Source of the DNA: Octopus bimaculoides
Taxonomy: Eukaryota
Length of the DNA: 32,439 nucleotides
Assembly: GCF_001194135.2 (NCBI RefSeq)
Contig: NC_068996.1
Coordinates: forward strand, 25,177,677 to 25,210,115
Direction: 5' to 3'
Positions 23,110-32,439 of this stretch are shown here, piece after piece (within the stretch, counting starts at the first letter, position 1; every line of letters begins with the position of its first letter). Both the position numbers and the translations under genes were made by a program. The notes beneath the pieces are model-generated. The model did not search any database, had not been told where the DNA came from, and saw nothing but the letters and a program-made list of their open reading frames with translations.

Positions 23110-23560
23110 CTGGTACAGAAGATACTCGCAGGTTGGTTCTGGCTGTTAATTTCATGGTGGAAACAATCCACTCAAACAGTGTTGAGATGAAACCGCTGTT
23201 GTTGTTGGTGTGAACCCTGGTGGTGGTGCTGGCGCTGGCAACGACATTGTGGTAGACAGAGCAGATTGGTGGTGTTGACGTCGTCGCTGGAAACTGGCTG
23301 GTGCTGTATTCTGTGTGGTGGTCTACGACTAGACCTGAAAAAGTCTGAGGTCATGACAAACTAGTGTAGTTGGAACAGGCTTATTTATAGATGAAATAGG
23401 GCTCACCGGAAATGCAGAAAAACTCTCTCACGTGACCTTATCTGAAGGCCACAATTGGACGGTATGCACCCTAGCGCAAAACAGAACTGGAGATAAATGC
23501 CACGCAAATAAGAACCAATCCAAGTGGCCGAAAGCTAGATGTTAGCCGCCACCACGTTAT
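23110..23560 (-). promoter_or_regulatory. Candidate CpG-rich promoter and first exon
   Basis: CCAAT 23515-23519 and 23454-23458; E-box TCACGTGAC 23428-23436; ETS-like ACCGGAAAT 23405-23413; TATAAATA 23389-23382; ACACTAGT 23367-23360; CCACCATG at 23155; donor CAG|GTAACC 23110/23109. Confidence 0.5.
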
Positions 23561-23755
23561 CATTTGTAAATGAATACTCGAGAGAGAGATTTCACTACAG
23601 GCTGAATCTCACTATCAATGATGTATGTGTGTGTGTGTGTAAACATATATCTAACTATTTTAGAAAAAATAAATAAGTAAATGAGTGGAAATTGAACTGG
23701 TGAGTGTGTTAAACAATAAGGCACGTACAAAAAATGACTCTCCCCAGAGTCATTT

Positions 23756-23771
23756 ATATATATATATATAT

Positions 23772-23818
<47 letters not shown>

Positions 23819-23820
23819 TA
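23756..23820. repeat. (TA)n/(GATA)n microsatellite
   Basis: Direct inspection. Confidence 0.95.
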
Positions 23821-24973
23821 CATTTAATTTTATTTGTATCATGAATATTCGAAAATACAGTCCTCATCAATCTTATTCGTTATTTACCACCAATATGTAA
23901 GAAATTTCGCTCTGATGAAATCTTGACATTCTGTGGGGCTCTTTTACATCCAACATGGTTCGAATTGTGATGATCTGAAGCAATTGTTCACCTAGTGGCC
24001 AGATTGAAACATGTGTAGACATCTTTTCTGATTATTTCTTATGTTGATTCTGTTACTTTAAATCTTATTTGTATTATACTATTTGATATGTCTTCATCAT
24101 GATGCAAATAAAATTAAATAAGTATCCACTATATTTCTTCTCCATTTTCTTATATTTACTTAACACAATATTGGACAGTTTATCCCTATATATTGAGGAA
24201 TTTTCTCTCAATATATAAATTGATAACACCAGTTGATATCAAGATTTTTAAAATCCCTGACAAGGAAATTACATCCTCACTTTTGACATTATATATATAT
24301 ACATATATATATTTACAGGAGGTTAATATGTCCATGGATGGACATATAACCTCCATGGTCATTGAGTCGTCTATAAGGCTAAGCACTTTATGGATGCAAA
24401 ACCATTAGTCACTCTTTGACCGGACATATAATTAATCACCTGTAAATACATTACTGCTCTAACTTTTAGAGTGTGCTGTTTTCTTGGTTATATGATCTAC
24501 TGATAATGATGATGATGATGTGTGTGTGTGTTAGAAATGAGGGAAATTTCGAATGTAGGAGAATATCTGTAAAAGCAGCTTAGAATATCAGGTAAAAATA
24601 CCTTTATAAGATGGAAAAAGACTAGCATGCTGCTACAGAGAATTGAAGTCTGCTTCTCACAAAATCCAACTGAACACTTTGGATCTTCGAGCTAAAAGAC
24701 CAATGACAACAGATACCATCTTTAATAATGTCAAATAATAGCTTTTTGGATATGAGAACATTTTTATAAACAAACACCAAAGCATTAAGTGAGTTGGTAT
24801 TTTTATTTTAGAAACTGAGGAAATCTTGAATTCAGGAGAATAGCTGGGAAAACAGCTTAGAAGATCTGGTAAAAACACTCCCACAAGATTGCAAAAAGTG
24901 GCCCAAAAGCTGCAAAAGAGGAACGTGATTCTCTGTAGTGGCTTGCTGGTCACTTTTTTTTGTCTCCTAAGAA

Positions 24974-26225
24974 TACAAGGAAATACTCAAAAATAACTGG
25001 AAATGCTCTCTGTGGGACAAGCCCATTGTTGTTCAGGCTTCCACTGTTAGAAGCCACTTGATGCAACCCTCAGGTATCAGTCAGCTGACCCACGTTGTCG
25101 ATTGAAGTTGTACTGCCACATGGTGTGTTTTTGTTTTGCAGTGATTCTCCTCTGTTCATCAATTTTTGCAATGGTTGAAACAAAGGAACAGCATGCTTCC
25201 ATGGAATTTTGATTTCTACCAGAGAAAACAGCAACCAAAACAGTTGTCATGCCTCAAACAGCCTACAAGGACACTGCCATGAGAAAAACACTAGTTTACA
25301 AGTGGTTTTCATGCTTTAAAAATGGTCACTTTTCGCTTGAAAACCAACCTCATCCAGGGCAACCATCAACCTCCTGAATGAATGAAAACATCATAAAAAT
25401 TTATCTTGGAAGACTGTTGCCTAGCAATTGATGAACTTGTTGATATGATTAGTGTGTCCCGGAGCTCCTGCCAATGAATTTTGAGCAAGGAATTGCGAAT
25501 GAAAAGAATTGCAGCAAAATTTGTGTCTCGCTTGCTCACGGAAGATCAAAAGCTGTCACAACTGAATATGTGTCTTGAACTGAAAGAACAGAAGTTGATC
25601 TGGACCTTTTTTTTTTTGAAGGTCATCATTGGTGATAAAAGCTTGTACTATGGTTACGACCAGGAAACAAAGCAGCAATCAAGTCAATGGAAGCATTCAA
25701 TGATGTCACTATGCCCCCACAAAGCACATATAGAGAAGTCCAATGTTAAGACGACGCTGGTTTGTTTCATCAATGTAAAAGGAATTGTCCACACAAAATT
25801 TCTTCCTCCCGGTCAGACTGTTAACCAGACATTTTGGCAGTTCTGAAGCATTTGTAAGACTCAGTGAGATGAAAATGCCCCGACTTGTGGCAAAGTGGGG
25901 AGTGGTGGTTTCATCATGACAATGCATCTGTGCACACTGCCTTGAGTGTGAGACAGTTTTTGACCAAGAACAGCATGACTCACTTTACCCACCATCTCTA
26001 TTCACCTGATCTTGCTCCCTGTGACTTTTTTGTTTTCCCAAATAAAAAAAAGTCCTTAAAGGAAAATGTTTTGCAGATGTGGAAGGGTTGAGGGGGGAAA
26101 ATGAAGGCATTAAAAGGCATCACTTCACAAGAGTTCCAGGACTGCTTTGAACAGTAGAAAATATATCTGGACCGATGCATTGCTTCAAATGGAGAATACT
26201 TTGAAGGCGATAAAAGTGTAAACAT
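24974..26225 (+). mobile_element. Mariner (DD34D) transposon, decayed
   Basis: Transposase from ATG near 25180 (MVETKEQH..YKWFSCFKNG), AAKFVSRLLT, IGDKS..YGYD, HHDNA..YSPDLAPCDF with 34-residue spacing; multiple stops and frameshifts; left TIR tentative, right TIR not found. Confidence 0.85.
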
Positions 26226-27285
26226 GTAAACATGTATATATATTTTCTATGATGGTCGCACTGATGAATTGTGGACATTTACGTATGTAAATATGTAAAT
26301 GGTAACAATGAAATCTGGTATATGACTAATCATTATATTTTGTATCTTTTCAATTGTCTTGCTCACTTACATTTGCCGAATTTTCTTGAGATCAATTTTT
26401 TCTTAGTGGTCAGGCCATATGGGGTCTACATTTGGCATATTGGATGTCCATCTAGTTGTCATCCCTCTTATAATGTATGTTATATATGTATGTGTATTTA
26501 TGCTAATATACACTTTTGTATACACATGTATACGTAATTTTATTTTGTGTACGTTCATTACACATATTCAACCACCTATCTTTCTTTCTTTCTTTTCCTT
26601 TCCTTAAGGAAAGTATCTTTTCTCTCCCTATTTGTTACTTGTATAGAGTCCTTTAACTTTGCGCTCCTCTCCTCTCCTCTCACTCACTTCTTTCTCTTGC
26701 TAACTGTTACATCTAAGATCCTTCCTTTCCTTTTTCTTTCCCCCTCCCTACGTTTAAAAATTTACTTCTTATCTCGCTTGTCTGTTATAACTTCTATATG
26801 TATACACCAAGTGATTTTTGCATGCGAGCATGATTGCATACATATGTATATGTGTGTATATGTGTATTTGTGTGTATATTTACGTCTTACATATATATGT
26901 CTGTATATGTATGTCGTCTGTGTACATCCATCTGTGTATTTTGAAGTATGTATGTATATTGATGGTTTAGTATGTGTATATACTGTTGTAAAATATTTAT
27001 GTAATGCAGCGTGAAAATTTTAATTTTAATTTTTAATGTATTAATTGAATTATATTTTGTACATAATTATTTACAATATGTATTTTGAATCCGCTCTTCG
27101 ATTTAAGGTTTTCTTCGATTTTTATAATAGGATGAATTTATATTGAATTCATTTATTTTGTTTATTTTGTTCATTTCATGCTTAAAAGACCGTTAATTGA
27201 AAGGACCAATGAAACAAATCCATTTTTAAAGGTGTATCCTTTAACTAGTTTCGATCATATTGTTATTTCTGTTCTATTTTAACAA

Positions 27286-27360
27286 AACTGTCCAACAAAC
27301 AGGTACATGAAACTCTGAGTAACAGCTTTTGCTATATTTCTGCTGCTTTTAAATAAAGTA
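27286..27360 (+). repeat. Decayed copy of the hammerhead-like repeat family at 30377-30470
   Basis: Shared GAAACTCTGAGTAACAG..TATTT.TGC.GC..TAA..AAAG.ATATA. Confidence 0.6.
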
Positions 27361-27444
27361 TATATATACATATATATGTGCGTGTATGTATACGTATATG
27401 TATATTTATATGTATATATGTGTAAGTGTGTGTATGTATGTATG

Positions 27445-27483
<39 letters not shown>

Positions 27484-27620
27484 NNNNNNNNNNTGTGTAT
27501 GTATATATGTATGTGTGTATATACGTGTGTATGTATGCATATATGAACATGGAAGCGGGTACATGTGAGTATATATGATTATAAGTATAGATATTTTATA
27601 TAAGTACAGATTTGTATATG

Positions 27621-27782
27621 GGTATTGTGTGGTTGGTAGTTTGCTTACCAACCACATGGTCCCGGGTTCAGTCCCACTGCGTGGCATCTTGGGCAAGTGT
27701 CTCCTACTATAGCCTCGGGCCGACCAAAGCCTTGTGAGTGGATTTGGTAGACAGAAACTGAAAGAAGCCCGTCGTATATATG

Positions 27783-27815
<33 letters not shown>

Positions 27816-28028
27816 TTGTGTGTCTGTGTTTGTCCCCCCAACATCGCTTGACAACCGATGCTGGTATGTTTATGTCCCCGTAACTTAGCGGTTCGGCAGT
27901 AGAGACTGATAGAATAAGTACCAGGCTTCTAAAGAATAAGTCCTGGGGTCGATTTGCTCGACTAAAGGCGGTGCTCCAGCATGGCCACAGTCAAAAAGAC
28001 TGAAACAAGTAAAAGAGTAAAAGAGTAT
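27621..28028 (+). mobile_element. Full-length SINE family A: tRNA-like head, body, internal (TA)n(TG)n, second body, (TAAAAGAG)n tail
   Basis: A-box-like and B-box-like head; at least 6 partial homologues elsewhere in the window. Confidence 0.9.
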
Positions 28029-28117
28029 ATATATATGTACGCATACCGGCCTCTGTGTGTGTGGGTGTGTATGTATACACTCACATACATTTATGCATGT
28101 GTGTGAGCTCATACACT

Positions 28118-29770
28118 CTGTCGTGTGTGCACACTGACATTACACATCCAGCGGATCATGCTAGCTTCATTTCTTTCGAGCCTATGCATGTCTTCAGCAG
28201 TCACAGCCCATGTTTCACTGCCATGAAGCATGGCTGTTTGCACATGTGCATCATGCAATCTACCTTTCACTCTTAGCGAGAGGCCCTTTGTCACCAGTAG
28301 GGGTAGGAGCTTTCTGAACTTTGCCCAGGCTATTCTTATTCTAGTGGTAACACTCTCTGAGCATCCACCCCCGCTANNNNNNNNNNGCTATTCTTATTCT
28401 AGTGGTAACACTCTCTGAGCATCCACCCCCGCTACAGACTTGGTCACCTAGGTAGCGGAAGCTATCAACTACTTCTAATTTCTCCCCCTAGCATATGATG
28501 GAATCTGTTTTCTGAGTATCTGTGGTGTTTATTGCCCCTGTGCATCTGCTGCACATGAAAGCTATCTTCCCGTTAATCTTCCTTTGATGTTGCTGCACCT
28601 CTTATGTGTCCATAGCTTACACTGGGTACATCTTATGGAGTTTCTACCTACACTTTTTCTACAGATTGAGCAGAGCCACCTACTTGACAGGGTGTGTAAT
28701 GTGTTTGCCTTCCTACTTGCTAGAACTTTGGTCTTTGCAACATTGACTCTAAGACCCTTCAATTCTAAACCTTGCTTCCTCACCTGAAATTTCTTTTCTA
28801 GTTCTGGTAGTGATTCTGCTATGAGGGCCAGGTCATCAGCATAGAGCTCTCAGGGGAAACCTGTCTTGAATTCCTCTGCTATTGCTTGGAGGACTATGAT
28901 GAATAAGAGGGGGCTGAGGGCTGATCCTTGGTGGATCCCTACTTCTACCTGGAATTCTTCACTATACTCATTGCCAACCCTAACCTTTACTAACGGCATC
29001 TCTGTATAGGGCCTGTACAGCCGTTATTAACCATTCGTCAATCCCCAGTTTCCACATAACCCACCAGATAAGGGATCGGGGGACCCTGTCAAAGGCTTTC
29101 TCCAAGTCCACAAAAGCCAATTGTAGGGGTCTGGCTAGATATTTCTCCTGCATTTGTCGAACCAGGAATATGGCATCAGTGGTGCTTCTACCTGGCACAA
29201 AACTGAACTGCATCCCATCTAAGCAGACTCTCTCCCTAATTAGTTGGGCTATGACCTTTTCTGTGACCTTCATTACCTGATCCAGCAGTTTGATACCCTT
29301 GTAGTTATTTCTATCGAGAGCATCACCTTTACCCTTATAGCAGTTGACTATGGTGCTGCTATGCCAATCATTGGGCATGACTCCATCATGAACTACCTGG
29401 TTTACAATACGGGTGACCATAGTCCACACCACCAGATGTTTTAAGCATCTCAGCAGTGATTCCTGATGGGCCGGGGGCTTTTCATGGCTTCATACCCTTA
29501 ATTGCTTTATCTACAAGGGAGCTGTCTATTCAGATAGCTGGTCCCTCTACTGGGTCAACATTTGGCAGGCTCTCCTCCTTCCAATCATTCTCCATGTTCA
29601 GTAGTCTTTCATAATGGCTCCTCTAAGCCTCTTTCTTTTCAGAACCAAGTGCACCATCATCCATGCAGACACATTTCTCTCCTGTGACATCACAATTTTC
29701 TCTCACGCACTGTCTTGCAATCGAAAATGCTTCAGTTCTTTGGTCCTCACATCGCTGGACATTGGGAAAC
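28118..29770 (-). mobile_element. RTE-clade LINE reverse transcriptase region, truncated at both ends, frameshifted
   Basis: YKGKGDALDRNNYKGIKLL..QFSFVPGRSTTDAIF..AFVDLEKAFDRVPR; HQGSALSPLLF; YADD; NVAKTKVL. Confidence 0.95.
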
Positions 29771-29965
29771 TTCTTTTCTGTATATATATGTATATATATA
29801 TATATATATCCTATTTGTTTTGGTCACTTGACTGCAGCCATGGTGGAGCATATAAGACCCACTTTCCTTCCAAAAAGAAATGTCTCAACAAAACCATCCC
29901 ATGTTAAGTATATGAAGTTGAGTTAATATTGCATATTTTAATGCACTAAATACTTGTTCCTTTAT

Positions 29966-30149
29966 TTTTTTCAGCCATTCGACTGTGGCCATGCTGGAGC
30001 ACTGCCTTTACTCAAACAAATCGACCCCCGGACTTATTCTTTGTAAGCCTAGTACTTATTCCATCAATCACTTTTGCTAAACTGTTAAGTTACTGGGACG
30101 TAAACACACCAGCATCGGTTGTCAAGCAATGGTGGGGGGACAAATACAG

Positions 30150-30193
<44 letters not shown>

Positions 30194-30286
30194 GGCTATA
30201 GTAGAAGACACTTGCCCAAGGTGCCACACAGTGAGACTGAACCTGGAACCATGTTGTTGGTAAGCAAGCTACTTACCACACAGCCT
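29966..30286 (-). mobile_element. SINE family A, internally deleted
   Basis: Reverse complement matches the head and 3' half of 27621-28028. Confidence 0.85.
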
Positions 30287-30294
30287 CTCAAAGA

Positions 30295-30444
30295 TGCAAA
30301 AACATCACATAAAACTGCTATTCAGAGTTTCACATTCCTATTCGTTGGGCAGTTGTGATCCAGAATGGATCAAATGTGGATCACAACTGCCCGATGAATG
30401 GGAATGTGAAACTCTGAGTAACAGTTTTTTGTGATATTTTTGCA
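30295..30444. repeat. Long fold-back: 68-bp arms, 14-nt loop; each arm carries a decayed hammerhead motif
   Basis: 30295-30362 vs reverse complement of 30377-30444: 61/68 identical. Confidence 0.9.
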
Positions 30445-30833
30445 GCTGTAATAATAAAGCATACTACTCTACCTCCAGTATTCGAGTACTAATTTTTCCC
30501 ACCTTGTTTCACATTTATGTGCTTACTCTGGTATATATATATATATCATTGCTATAATGCAAAAGTATCATAAGTCCAAAATGTTGGTTTTTCAGAAAAT
30601 GAAAAAATAGTTTCATCATTCCATCGTAAAACCATTTCACTACACTGTGACAATTTTTGGCATCTGAAGCAGCTGGAGATACAATAGTTTGACCAAAAGA
30701 ACTGGCTATTGTAAACAAAAATAAATATTGAAAAAAATTCATTTGGCCAAATTTGGACATACATCAATTTAACATATTAACAACGATATATATATATATA
30801 TGTATATATATAATGATGATGATATATGTATAT

Positions 30834-32085
30834 CATCATCATCGTTTAACGTCCGCTTTCCATGCTAGCATGGGTTGGACGATTTGACTGAGGACTGGTG
30901 AAACCAGATGGCTACACCAGGCTCCNNNNNNNNNNGTTGGACGATTTGACTGAGGACTGGTGAAACCAGATGGCTACACCAGGCTCCAATCTGATTTGGC
31001 AGAGTTTCTACAGCTGGATGCCCTTCCTAGCGCCAACCATTCTGAGAGTGTAGTGGGCGCTTTTACGTGCCACCGGCACGAAGACCAGTCAGGCGGTACT
31101 GGCAACGACCACGCTCAAAATGGTGTATTTTATGTGCCACCTGCACAGGAGCCAGTTCGGCGGCACTGGCAACGATCTCGCTCGAATGTCTTTACACATG
31201 CCAGGAAGGCGATGCTGGGCACAGGTGCCATTGACGGTTTTGCTTTCGCTTGCCCCAATAGGTCTTCACAAGCTGAGTTTCGTTTCCAATGAAGGAGACG
31301 GCATTGGCGCCAGTCGTCGAATTTAATTCGATTTCGATTTCACTTGCCTCAACAGGTCTTCGCAAGCGGAGTTTAGTGTCCAATGAAGGAAGGTATGTAT
31401 AAGTGGGCTGCCTGAGGCTTTTGATTTAAGTCTCACTTAGCTTGCCGGGTCTTCTCATGCACAGCATATTTCCAAAGGTCTCGGTTAGAAGTCATTGCCT
31501 CGGTGAGGCCCAATGTTCGAAGGTCTTGCCTCACCACCTCATCCCAGGTCTTCCTGGGCCTATCTCTTCCACAAGTTCCCTCAACTGCTAGGGTGTGGCA
31601 CTTTTTCACACAGCTATCCTCATCCATTCTCGCTACATGACCATACCAGCACAATCATCTTTCTTGCACACCACAACTAATGCTTCGTCAGTTCATCTTT
31701 TCTCTCAAGGTATTAACACTCTGTCTAGTATGCACGCTGACATTACACATCCATCGGAGAATACTGGCTTCATTCCTTGCAAGCTTACGCATGTCCTCAG
31801 CAGTCACAGCCCATGTTTCACTGCCATGAAGCATGGCTGTTCGTANNNNNNNNNNCAGTCACAGCCCATGTTTCACTGCCATGAAGCATGGCTGTTCGTA
31901 CACATGCATCATACAGTCTGCCTTTTACTCTGAGAGAGAGACCCTTTGTCACCAGCAGAAGTATGAGCTCTCTGAACTTTGCTCAGGCTATTCTTAATGT
32001 AGCAGCTACGCTTTCAGCGCACCCACCCCCACTACTAATTTGGTCACCTAGATAGCGGAAGCTATCAACCACTTCTAGTTTTTCA
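30834..32085 (-). mobile_element. RTE-clade LINE 3' portion (RT C-terminus, 3' UTR with tandem units, (TGA)n tail)
   Basis: WYGHVARMDEDSCVKKC..GRDRPRKTWDEVVRQDL; homologous to 28118-28480 and 3848-4645. Confidence 0.9.
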
Positions 32086-32439
32086 GAGTTAGACGTTTTG
32101 AAACCAACCAACTAAGGGATAGTATCAATCCAATATACTGCTGGTAATATACTCAATTATTAATACACAAGTGTTGGTTATTTCATGGCAATTGCACTAT
32201 TGAACTTAATAGATGGGCGAGGGTAAAAAGTGGTTTACCCTTAATCTATACGACAGGAAGAAAATGGAGGGGATCCAGAGATAGTATGCGTCAACTGTTA
32301 GACATTATATTATGTCTATTTATTTATTTTAAACAATTATGAGAATATATATACATATGCAAAGATTGTGTTTTACATATGTATATATATTCTCATAATT
32401 GTTTAAAATAAATAAATAGACATTACATAATGTCTAACA

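Noticed and set aside
23967-24032. C/D-box snoRNA (GTGATGA..CTGA)
   Set aside because: Weak terminal stem and no recognisable rRNA/snRNA antisense element
27621-27700. tRNA gene
   Set aside because: Only A/B-box-like remnants with no cloverleaf; continues into the SINE body
28329-28434. 48-bp direct repeat around a 10-N gap (also 30874-30987 and 31801-31900)
   Set aside because: Exact duplications either side of fixed 10-N gaps are typical negative-gap scaffolding artefacts

Overview
Eukaryotic, AT-rich, repeat-dense DNA from a draft assembly with 12 N-gaps (1335-1639, 5019-5213, 6803-6845, 7304-7961, 8754-9056, 18369-18596, 20063-20375, 21040-21049, 27484-27493, 28377-28386, 30926-30935, 31846-31855). 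The SINE/LINE families and (TA)n/(CA)n/(GATA)n load resemble a cephalopod (Octopus-like) genome; this is recognition from memory, not a search result. No intact, nameable host protein-coding gene is visible. The long ORFs are either microsatellite translations or decayed transposon genes: RTE-clade LINE fragments, two Penelope-like elements (RT + GIY-YIG; GIY-YIG only), two Tc1 copies with DD36E spacing, two mariner relics, a Tigger-like MITE and several tRNA-derived SINEs. The most notable signal is a set of minimal hammerhead-ribozyme motifs (CUGANGA...GAAA plus a self-complementary stem III). One is well formed (980-1039), two lie in an inverted pair around a GIY-YIG fragment (20466-20510, 21136-21180), and several are decayed. 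Many lie in fold-back cassettes of the same topology next to (TA)n tracts. Three candidate Pol II promoters/first exons (563 minus, 14525 plus, 23389 minus) suggest unannotated host transcription units.
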